A stretch of DNA of 64,000 nt from Candidatus Amesbacteria bacterium RIFCSPLOWO2_01_FULL_48_25 (GTDB taxonomy: Bacteria > Patescibacteriota > Microgenomatia > CAZETR01 > Amesbacteraceae): the NCBI GenBank assembly GCA_001773695.1, contig MEXN01000003.1, positions 25,547-89,546 on the forward strand, in the 5' to 3' direction. A program made the position numbers and the translations under genes. The notes under the pieces were generated by a model that saw only the letters and a list, made by a program, of their open reading frames with translations, did not search any database and was not told the DNA's origin. Positions 57,801 to 64,000 of this stretch are shown here, one piece after another; the first letter of the stretch is position 1; every line of letters begins with the position of its first letter.

Positions 57801-59571
57801 ACCTTAAGGGATGGCGATTATGAACAAAAAAGGTTTGCAGGTAGCCCTTGATCCAGCGGGAGCGCTGACGTAACCAGTTACCAAGATCGCTGTTGGCTTC
57901 CTCCAGAGTTGTGGAGTCAATAATGGCGGTGGTGTAGCCTTCTTTAAACAGTCTGGCGCCCAGATCGCAGTCCTCAGTAACATTGAAGGCGTCCCAGCCG
58001 TGGAGACTTTTTAAAATGGTGGTTCGGAAATGATTTGAAGTCCCGCCTAATGGAATAGTGGTCCCCAGTGACTGAAGGCCGGGGAGGACAACGTCGAACC
58101 AGAGGGAATACTCGGTAGTGAATAATCGGGTCAAAAGGTTGTGGTGGGGATTGTAGTAATTGAGTTTGGCTTGGAGGCACGCGGTTTGGGGAGGGACGCG
58201 GTGAGTAAAAGTGAAATACGCCTTTTTGAGTTGGTCCGGCTCGGGACGGTCCTCCGCATCATAGATGACGATGTATTCTCCTGTGGCCCGGGATAGGCCA
58301 TAATTGCAGGCTTTGGGTTTGGTCTTGGGATTCGAATGAGGGACAACGACGACGTGGAAGTAGTCCGGGAGAGCCAAGTTTTTAGCTGCTTCCCGCGTTT
58401 GGTGATCGTCTTCTTCCAGAAGCAGAAGAACTTCCAGTTTATCTTTGGGCCAGTCCAGCTGAGAAATGTTTTCTACAAACTGAGGCAGGACCCGGGCCTC
58501 GTGATAGAGGGGGCAAAGAATCGTGTAAACAGGGAGTTTATCAGTTGCCCAGTTTTGCAGTTGAGCCACTGAAATGGAGATTTCAGGGGGTGACTTGAGA
58601 CTTCTGTAAATTAAAATGAAGTTGAAAACAACGTCGGCAAAATAAATGGCTGAGAGCAGGCCAACAAGAGTGATGGCTGTAGACTGCGGCCAGAGGAGAA
58701 AGCTGACGGACATTAGAGCGAGAGCGCCCAGAAGAGCTAGTTTTTGAAGTCGATGTAGGGTCACTATGGCGGAGTAGTGATGCGGCAGGGTGGAGTGAGT
58801 AACATAGCCGCGACGACGGTAGATCATACCGGCTCCGGCCATTGAACTGTTTGAGGCTGGTGGCAGGGAATAGATTTTTCCGGGCGAAAATCGCAATCTT
58901 ATGGCGGTGGTACTAATTTCTCTGGCGGCTTGAAAAAATTCTGACCGGGCTTGAGATGATCCGGACTCCCTGGGTGTAAAGGTGATGGGAACGACCCCTA
59001 TTGAGTAACCCAATTCACGGGCTGTATGCAGAAGCGGCATGTCTATCGCCCATGCTCTGACGTCACTTTCGGATAGATGGACGGCAACTTCCCGCCGGAA
59101 AAGTTTTAACCCCGATTGGACATCGCAGTTCAGCCCCAGAAGTAGTCGGCCAAAGATAAAGGTGTTTAGGTGGGAACCAATTTTACGTAACAGTGAGGAA
59201 TGGGACTTGGTCCGGTTGGCGACCACGACACCATGGACGGCAAGCTGGGGATACATCTGAGGGATGGCTTCAGGAGGATATTCCAAGTCCCCGTCAATCA
59301 TGGCCATAAAAGGAGCGGAACTTGCACGAATGCCTTCGATAATGGAAAAGGCCTTCCCACGCATCCCTCTTTTCACAACCAATCTTATGGGGTACTTTTG
59401 GGAAAGTCGGGTGATAAGTTCGCGGGTGTCATCTGTAGAGTGGTCGTCGACAAAAATTATTGAGTATGGAATCTTGGCTTTTTGCAGGCTGGAATTTATG
59501 CGGCGGGTAAGTTCAACTAGACTGGCCTCTTCGTTATAGACGGGGACGATGATATCTAATCTTCTGGACAT
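54862..59571 (-). CDS. Giant multidomain glycosyltransferase (1569 aa): GT2 (DPM1-like), TM helices, processive GT2 (QxxRW), TM bundle with MOP/Wzx-like domain, then GT4
   Basis: A single uninterrupted ORF. Residues 1-230 are DPM1-like (IIVPVYNEEASL..IIFVDDHSTDDT..AMIDGDLEYPP). About 340-620 is synthase-like GT2 (YDAEDRPEPDQL...TEDCDLGARL...QRSRWIKGYLQ). The central region has more than 15 TM helices and includes GRAISIEEFSLVGLMGSIAYL, which is a Wzx-like loop. The C-terminal ~400 aa is GT4 (ILIFNWRDIRHKWAGGAEVYIHEL...QPSSFEGWGITVIEANACGTPAIASD). Confidence 0.75.
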   Translation of the reverse strand: MSRRLDIIVPVYNEEASLVELTRRINSSLQKAKIPYSIIFVDDHSTDDTRELITRLSQKYPIRLVVKRGMRGKAFSIIEGIRASSAPFMAMIDGDLEYPPEAIPQMYPQLAVHGVVVANRTKSHSSLLRKIGSHLNTFIFGRLLLGLNCDVQSGLKLFRREVAVHLSESDVRAWAIDMPLLHTARELGYSIGVVPITFTPRESGSSQARSEFFQAAREISTTAIRLRFSPGKIYSLPPASNSSMAGAGMIYRRRGYVTHSTLPHHYSAIVTLHRLQKLALLGALALMSVSFLLWPQSTAITLVGLLSAIYFADVVFNFILIYRSLKSPPEISISVAQLQNWATDKLPVYTILCPLYHEARVLPQFVENISQLDWPKDKLEVLLLLEEDDHQTREAAKNLALPDYFHVVVVPHSNPKTKPKACNYGLSRATGEYIVIYDAEDRPEPDQLKKAYFTFTHRVPPQTACLQAKLNYYNPHHNLLTRLFTTEYSLWFDVVLPGLQSLGTTIPLGGTSNHFRTTILKSLHGWDAFNVTEDCDLGARLFKEGYTTAIIDSTTLEEANSDLGNWLRQRSRWIKGYLQTFFVHNRHPLRFLKSHGWHALIFQLIVGGRIAFMLINPFLWLATISYFALYKYVGPTIESLYPAAIFYLAAFSAIFGNFLYLYYYMIGCAKRGRWELVKYVFAVPLYWLFISLAAFKAFWQLVFRPYYWEKTHHGLHLFEVSKEARQSWLSSLRNFVSHQFGRLGVLPQPLLKGGTLLVASTMLSNFFNFLYNIYLGRAISIEEFSLVGLMGSIAYLVQIPTTALSKTLSHRVAFLLGQKNRYVNHFWNFIKSRVLYISLGVTAVWIAVIPWMSRVFQANGNTTPFFLITPLWLATALVATNRGFLAGHHRFAVLAAMVTVESVSKFAFAVFFVRLGWPQYIYASHPLSLVAALAVCWLAVRAIKPQIVATKTLQSAPHFPFRFFSTSILIKLSSLAFLSLDVILAKIYLPPAIAGQYVLISLAGKIVYFLGSLFDPFIIPVVSRAEGEGANPKPLFYRLLLGNSVTSIMGFVALGPLGSIFAPLLFGPKIISVIPLLTWYCLAMVNFTLSGSIVNYHQARRQYVFPILGFILASLQPVLVYFFHSSLADLVTVMLVLSLVYLGSFLMLHFYYQFSWSVTNNIRDLWDLLIRFFPRELSPSKSDSLRILIFNWRDIRHKWAGGAEVYIHELGKRWAAQGHTVTIFCGNDGNCPRKETIDGVKIIRHGGFYTVYFWAVIYYLLRLRNRFDIVIDSENGIPFFTPLFARIPKILLIHHIHQDKIIFQGRLPFPVAQFAMALESRLMPLVYHNQKIITVSESSKNDIVRIGLSRPEDITIVNPGITLREYIRKAPKTKNPSFVYVGRIRPYKNIDVAIRAFSQVVRDHPKARLNIAGVGEGIKELRHLAEDLNLSNNVYFLGRVTEKEKVQLLSQSWAMLQPSSFEGWGITVIEANACGTPAIASDVIGLRDSVRHNQTGILVPPLDPYTLANTIKSLIHRPSILKYFSKNSQAWSRQFSWESQSRSFLEAVKLLLVPEIDVPLSHQPAYEYQ

Positions 59572-59687
59572 AACTGCGATAAAAATACCCGCGACTCGAC
59601 GGTCGGGGTTTTTCTCTCTGTCGGACTTCGTCCGATGTTTGACGCTTCAGCTCTCGATCTAATGATCGGGGCACTACGCGTCGTGAT

Positions 59688-59711
59688 CAAAAAAACGCCC
59701 CCGGATGGGCA
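59688..59711 (-). terminator. Possible weak rho-independent terminator downstream of 59747..60511
   Basis: The minus strand reads GCCCAUCCGGGGGC followed by GUUUUUUU. This is a short GC stem plus a U-run. It is weak. Confidence 0.2.
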
Positions 59712-59746
59712 TAGTGGGAGATTATACTATAGTACCTAAAACTTTG

Positions 59747-60511
59747 CTATGGGATATGGGAAGGATGGGAGAAAAGCACTAAAGATAGGCCTAAACCCAC
59801 AAGTCCGATAGATATTAAAATTGCGGCGAGCCAGTTGTGGCTGGATGTAGAGGTGGATAAAATTTCTGGAGTAGGATCAGTTTTCACAAGCAATGTTGGC
59901 TCGGCTTCACGGAAGGTGGCTAGGACCTTTTCTTCTGGACCAACTGATATCGACAGTGTGGGAATGATTGTAAATTTAGGTAATGGAGTAGGAGTGGGAG
60001 TAGGTTTGGGAGTGGAGGTGGGTGGCTTGGGGGTTGAGGTGGGCGCTGGGGCGGAAGTTGGGGGAATAGAAGTGGGGGTGGGAGAGGGACCCGTAACAGT
60101 AATGGGCAACGAAGATGATGTCTGCGCAAAGCTGTCTCCACTTGCGGTATAACGGCCGAGTTTGAAAAAGTAACTACCTGGAGGTTTTTGCGGGTCAAAC
60201 TTGAATTTTAATTTGCCACTATAGCTTCCTTCTTCTATTTTAAAATATTGGGTTTTGTCGTCTGACGTGGAAATCCACTGCCCTGCATTATTTAGTGAGA
60301 AGCCTGAATAGGTATGACTGGATTCGGGATAAAAAAAGACACCCCGCAAGTAAGAGATGCCGCAAGATGTACAATCTAACGTGGCATCGGCTTCAAATTC
60401 CTGGTCAACATTGATAGATGGAGGAAGATTGTTAAGGGTAAGAGCGATCTCTGCTGAGATAGTGGTGGGGGTGAGGAGAAAAAGGAGAAAGGCAATCCCC
60501 CACCGGGTCAT
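59747..60511 (-). CDS. Secreted/surface protein with Pro/Thr-rich linker and C-terminal TM anchor
   Basis: 254 aa. Signal peptide, a ~130-aa globular region, a PT-rich linker (PSPTPTSIPPTSAPAPTSTPKPPTSTPKPTPTPTP), then the C-terminal TM helix WLAAILISIGLVGLGLSLVLF. Confidence 0.45.
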   Translation of the reverse strand: MTRWGIAFLLFLLTPTTISAEIALTLNNLPPSINVDQEFEADATLDCTSCGISYLRGVFFYPESSHTYSGFSLNNAGQWISTSDDKTQYFKIEEGSYSGKLKFKFDPQKPPGSYFFKLGRYTASGDSFAQTSSSLPITVTGPSPTPTSIPPTSAPAPTSTPKPPTSTPKPTPTPTPLPKFTIIPTLSISVGPEEKVLATFREAEPTLLVKTDPTPEILSTSTSSHNWLAAILISIGLVGLGLSLVLFSHPSHIP

Positions 60512-60527
60512 GAAAAAAACTATATCA

Positions 60528-61607
60528 CTATTGGACGTGTAGGTATAAAGTCTTTAGGCCGGAGCCGTGGTCTATGTACTTGATTTTCAGCTCGGAGGCG
60601 CCGCATTTGCCGGTATATGAGTAGAGAATGCCGTCTGCCGGGGCCCGGATAACTGCGTCGGAACTGACCATGTCAATACCGGTGTGAATACCGCCACTAT
60701 ATATGTATCTATAAGAATAGGGGGTTTTGCCGTAGCGCTGGGTGATTTCGATCGACCCATTTAGCGGCCAGTTCCAGTTACCCGAGCCGATTTTTAAGCC
60801 CCATTTGTCGGTTATGGGTTTTAGATAGGTCTCGGCGTTGACCCAAGTATCATTTACCCGGACCTCGAAATGCAAGTGGGTGCCGGTGGAGCAACTGGGA
60901 TAGCCGGAGTTGCCCATGACGGCAATGGCATCCCCGGCCTTGACCGGACCTTGCCTAGTGGCCAGAGCCAGAGCCTTTTCCAAAGCTTCTAATTCCAGGC
61001 GGGCCTGTTCCAACTGATGTTGATAAACCGCCTCGTCGTTTTTGGTCTCTTTAAGAAGATTATCCCGGTCGGTCCGAAGCGAGGCTAAAGAGGCTTTTTG
61101 AGTTTTAAGCCGCTCCCGGGAATCTTCGAGAAGCAGTTTCTGCTGGGCGTAGTTTGATTGAACTACTTGGGTATCGTGGAGAAACCGACGATTATGGGCT
61201 TGAACGGATTGTAGATACTTGAAGCGGGATAGAGTTTGGGAAAAATTGATGGTGGATAAAAATAGTTGAAAATGGTTGGCCCCACCTTGTTTGTAAGTCT
61301 GGACGATCTGGCGTTCCAAAATTACAGTTCGTTTTTGCAAGCGGTCTTCCAGAATATTTATTTTGGACCCGATCGAGTCGATTAATTCTTCACTTTGAGA
61401 GATTTTGAGCGTGGCAAGAACTATTTGGTTGTCATAATAGGCAATTTGGCCCGCTAGAGTCTTGGCCTTGGACTGAAGTTCAGTAACTTTTTTTTCCAGT
61501 TCTTCTATCTGACGCTGCTTGTCTGAGAGGGAGTCGGCCCGGGCTATAGGCAAAGTAAGCAAGGAAAACAAAAGGAGGCAAAGACAGGCAAAGACTAATT
61601 TTTTCAT
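60528..61607 (-). CDS. M23 family metallopeptidase with N-terminal coiled coil (EnvC-like). The M23 segments appear in permuted order.
   Basis: Start trimmed to MKKLVFACLCLLLFSLL at 61607, giving an ATGA overlap with the ftsX stop. Signal peptide, a ~200-aa coiled coil, then GNSGYPSCSTGTHLHFEV (the HxH motif), followed by GGIHTGIDMV (the HxxxD motif) and TLYLHVQ. This is the reverse of the usual M23 order. Confidence 0.65.
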   Translation of the reverse strand: MKKLVFACLCLLLFSLLTLPIARADSLSDKQRQIEELEKKVTELQSKAKTLAGQIAYYDNQIVLATLKISQSEELIDSIGSKINILEDRLQKRTVILERQIVQTYKQGGANHFQLFLSTINFSQTLSRFKYLQSVQAHNRRFLHDTQVVQSNYAQQKLLLEDSRERLKTQKASLASLRTDRDNLLKETKNDEAVYQHQLEQARLELEALEKALALATRQGPVKAGDAIAVMGNSGYPSCSTGTHLHFEVRVNDTWVNAETYLKPITDKWGLKIGSGNWNWPLNGSIEITQRYGKTPYSYRYIYSGGIHTGIDMVSSDAVIRAPADGILYSYTGKCGASELKIKYIDHGSGLKTLYLHVQ

Positions 61608-62482
61608 CCTTTGAGGAAACGGTAGACGGCCATGGCTCCCCCGAATCCTCCCACGAGAGTACCCAAACCCACCAACCCGCCCAAAAGACTTATCATTGAA
61701 GTTGGCGACGGAGGGAGAGTGACAATGCCTGACAAGAAACCGGCCCAAAAACCTGTGGAGTAAAGAATCACCAGGTAGGAGATGCCCCAGGCCAAAACGG
61801 CTCCCAATACCCCGTAAATTATGCCCTCGAAGATAAAGGGGGCAGAAATGTAGGCAGGAGTGGCGCCGACTAATTGGAGAAGGGAAATTTCGTCTCTTCG
61901 CCCCGAAACCTTGATCCCCACGACCAACAGGATAACGGTAAAAGTAATGAAGATATGGATGCCAACCAGGACGGCTCCGGTGGTGCGGATTGAGCTGATC
62001 CAACGGTTTAGTGTCCCGACTACGTCTTCGGCAAAACGAACGTCCTCGATACCCGGTTCTTTTTTCAAAATGTCTGCTAATTGCTTGAGGTCGCGGGGAT
62101 TTTTGGCCGAAATTTCAACCGAGGCCGGTAAAAGGTTGGCGGTGACGGCTTCTGTTAGCAGGGGATCGTTTTGGTTGAGGTCTTTGTATATTTTCAGGGC
62201 GTCTTCTTTGGAAATATAACGGACTGATTCAACTAGGCCAGTATTAGTAAGATGAGAGGTAATCAAATTGACCTGGTCGGATGACGGGGTGAGGTCTATT
62301 TGGAAAAAGCCGTTAATTTGGGGACGGGTCTCGAAGTATTTCAGGACCAGGTTGCTACCCATGGCTAAAATGACAAAAAAGCCGGCTAAAAAAAGCGACA
62401 TAGTCATGATAGAAATTGCCGATATGGCCTGGTACGGGGATCTGCGGATACGTTGCCAAGCGAGGTTTAGGTGCTTAATCAT
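61604..62482 (-). CDS. ftsX: Cell division permease FtsX
   Basis: 292 aa with 4 TM helices and a large extracytoplasmic loop after TM1. Located immediately downstream of ftsE. Confidence 0.8.
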   Translation of the reverse strand: MIKHLNLAWQRIRRSPYQAISAISIMTMSLFLAGFFVILAMGSNLVLKYFETRPQINGFFQIDLTPSSDQVNLITSHLTNTGLVESVRYISKEDALKIYKDLNQNDPLLTEAVTANLLPASVEISAKNPRDLKQLADILKKEPGIEDVRFAEDVVGTLNRWISSIRTTGAVLVGIHIFITFTVILLVVGIKVSGRRDEISLLQLVGATPAYISAPFIFEGIIYGVLGAVLAWGISYLVILYSTGFWAGFLSGIVTLPPSPTSMISLLGGLVGLGTLVGGFGGAMAVYRFLKG

Positions 62483-63152
62483 ATTTGCCCTTGGGAGAAT
62501 CTTTGGAAATTCGGCCTTCGTCTAATGAAATTACTCGCTGGGAAAAGCTATTGACGATATCAGCGTTGTGGGTGGCCATAATCACAGTGGTTTTCAACTC
62601 GGAGTGGATGTCTTTAAGAAGCTTGACGATGTTTTTTCCGGTTTTGGGATCCAGATTGCCGGTGGGCTCATCAGCCAGCAATAACCTGGGTCGACCGACG
62701 ATGGCCCGGGCCAGGGCCACGCGCTGCAACTCGCCCCCGGACAATTGGGAAGGAAACATGGAAGAACGGGGGGTGAGACCGACTAGTTCTAATGCGACTT
62801 TGGCAGCTGATCTGATCTTGGCTGGGGGAATACCCCGAACTTCCAAGGGCAGAGAGACATTTTCCCAGACGTTTCTATCTGACAATAGCTTGAAATCCTG
62901 GAAGACTACGCCAATTGTGCGGCGAAGCGAGGGTAATTTGGATCCTGGGAGCTTGGAGACTTCCTGGTTGTCCACCTGGATCGTGCCGGAATCTGGCTTG
63001 AGATCACGGTAAATGAGACGCAGAAGGGTTGTCTTTCCGGATCCGGACGGGCCGGTGAGAAAGACGAACTCACCTGTCGGAATTTCTAAAGTGAGATCTT
63101 GCAAGGCGAGAATACTCCCAAATTTTTTAGTCAGATTCTTGGCAGTGACCAT
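62475..63152 (-). CDS. ftsE: Cell division ATP-binding protein FtsE
   Basis: 225 aa. Walker A GPSGSGKTT, ABC signature LSGGELQRVALARA, Walker B LLLADEPTGNLD. Confidence 0.9.
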   Translation of the reverse strand: MVTAKNLTKKFGSILALQDLTLEIPTGEFVFLTGPSGSGKTTLLRLIYRDLKPDSGTIQVDNQEVSKLPGSKLPSLRRTIGVVFQDFKLLSDRNVWENVSLPLEVRGIPPAKIRSAAKVALELVGLTPRSSMFPSQLSGGELQRVALARAIVGRPRLLLADEPTGNLDPKTGKNIVKLLKDIHSELKTTVIMATHNADIVNSFSQRVISLDEGRISKDSPKGKYD

Positions 63153-63178
63153 CCTTACTTAGTTTACTAGTTTAACAG

Positions 63179-63619
63179 TTATTCAAGAATTTTGAGGCGG
63201 CCGACGTCCATGAGCCAGCCGACGCGTTGAGCCCGGATAGTTTCGCCCCAAACCTGGACCTTTTTACCCAAGTATTGCTCTAAATCAACGATTGACGAGA
63301 TGAGGTAAACGGTTTGGGAGGGGCCGCCGTCGCGAGTGAGGTGGTGGGTACCTTCCCCGTTTGATCCCCCGGTCTCTAGGGTACCGGTAGCAGTATCACG
63401 AAAAGTTTGAGTGTCGGTGGAACCTATTTCTGTGGCTGATTTGACCATGGCGGGAGTGGCAGAGGAAGAGTTTGTTTTACCATTTTGAGGAGCCTGAGTT
63501 AATAAAAATCCGACAACTGCGCCAGAAATGATCAAAACCGCGGCTCCTATAATTAGAAGCGCCTTGGGGGGGAGGTTGGACTTGGAAGATAAATCGTGGA
63601 GCAATTCACCCTCTGGCAT
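63179..63619 (-). CDS. Hypothetical membrane-anchored protein
   Basis: 146 aa. N-terminal TM helix (LLIIGAAVLIISGAVVGFLL), a T/S-rich linker and a small C-terminal domain. Confidence 0.35.
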   Translation of the reverse strand: MPEGELLHDLSSKSNLPPKALLIIGAAVLIISGAVVGFLLTQAPQNGKTNSSSATPAMVKSATEIGSTDTQTFRDTATGTLETGGSNGEGTHHLTRDGGPSQTVYLISSIVDLEQYLGKKVQVWGETIRAQRVGWLMDVGRLKILE

Positions 63620-63642
63620 GAGGCTAGTATATCACAGACAAA

Positions 63643-64000
63643 TTATCCCAACTGTCTGAGTTGGGCGTCTATGAACATGTCCAGATCACCATCTAAGACG
63701 GCTTCGGCCTGGGAGGTTTCCACACCGGTGCGCAGATCTTTAACGAGTTTGTAGGGGTGAAGAACGTAAGACCGGATTTGATTGCCCCAACTGGCTGCCT
63801 TGTATTCTCCTTTGAGCTGTTTTTGAGTTTCGTCTCGCTGTTGTTGTTGTCTGTCCCACAACTTGGCTTTTAAGAGAGATAGGGCGATTTTGCGATTTTG
63901 TTCTTGGAAACGCTGGGTTTGACAGGCGACTGAGATGCCGGTCGGTTTGTGGGTCAGGCGGACAGCGGTGCTAACTTTGTTGACGTTTTGACCACCATGA
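63643..64000 (-). CDS. prfB: Peptide chain release factor 2 (RF2). C-terminal part only; the N-terminus lies beyond the window end.
   Basis: Hand translation of 64000 down to 63862 gives [47 protein letters not shown] (the GGQ motif). The ORF-track tail [44 protein letters not shown] is RF2-type (IRSYV...KDLRTGVET). Confidence 0.85.
   Translation of the reverse strand, partial: HGGQNVNKVSTAVRLTHKPTGISVACQTQRFQEQNRKIALSLLKAKLWDRQQQQRDETQKQLKGEYKAASWGNQIRSYVLHPYKLVKDLRTGVETSQAEAVLDGDLDMFIDAQLRQLG

Noticed and set aside
54970-59539. Nested or antisense ORFs of 60-140 aa inside the giant GT gene and other large genes (for example 54970..55284, 56678..57094, 59200..59463)
   Set aside because: They fall entirely inside long, motif-supported CDSs on the same or opposite strand. 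There is no independent support.
1-64000. Mobile elements, prophage, integrase, transposase or IS ends
   Set aside because: No transposase or integrase-like ORF and no inverted terminal repeats were seen. The repeated genes are glycosyltransferase paralogs with divergent sequences, not IS copies.
1-64000. rRNA, tRNA or other structured RNA genes
   Set aside because: No intergenic gap is long enough; the largest is about 175 nt at 59572..59746. No cloverleaf-like or rRNA-like sequence was recognised by eye. A proper tRNA or ncRNA scan was not possible here.
63643-64000. Programmed +1 frameshift site typical of prfB
   Set aside because: That site lies near codon 25 of RF2, which is beyond the window end. 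It cannot be assessed here.

Overview
The window is almost entirely a cell-envelope glycosylation super-cluster. About 55 of its ~60 genes sit on the minus strand in tight head-to-tail arrays with many 4-nt start/stop overlaps. There are no rRNA genes, tRNA genes, CRISPR arrays, transposases or integrases. The gene content and layout resemble a small-genome bacterium with a Gram-positive-type envelope such as CPR/Patescibacteria, but this placement is inference only. All coordinates and counts were read by eye from the sequence, and no database search was run.

Gene content:
- About 12 polytopic GT-C glycosyltransferases of the ArnT/PMT (GT39/GT83-like) type, in two paralog families.
- Several other paralogous membrane-protein families: two 'MHD…GYGYP' proteins and two 'HPDI' proteins.
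- About 11 GT2 enzymes. Some are DPM1/GtrB/ArnC-like polyprenol-phosphate-sugar synthases, one with a C-terminal GtrA fusion. Others are WbbL-like rhamnosyltransferases.
- Two GT4 enzymes, a Wzx-like flippase, two SAM methyltransferases and a complete dTDP-L-rhamnose pathway (rmlA, rmlB, rmlC, rmlD).
- A PIG-L deacetylase::GT2 fusion.
- A 1569-aa single-ORF fusion: GT2, processive GT2, a MOP-flippase-like membrane domain, then GT4.
- A surface-protein module: a sortase next to an FN3 protein carrying an LAXTG sorting signal, plus a CAP-domain protein and a secreted hydrolase-like protein.
- Housekeeping genes embedded in the cluster: trmD, thpR and a HAD hydrolase.
- At the right end, ftsE, ftsX, an M23 peptidase and a partial prfB.

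Both window edges cut through genes, and the ORF track omits the left-edge one. These are a partial ArnT-like gene at 1..1477 (-) and prfB at 63643..64000 (-).

Repeats include six perfect copies (plus one variant) of a 24-bp tandem repeat encoding SVPAIINQ x8. There is also a 7-nt repeat x4 inside a GT-C gene, and several G8/C8/G7 homopolymer tracts inside glycosyltransferase genes. These are candidate phase-variation sites.
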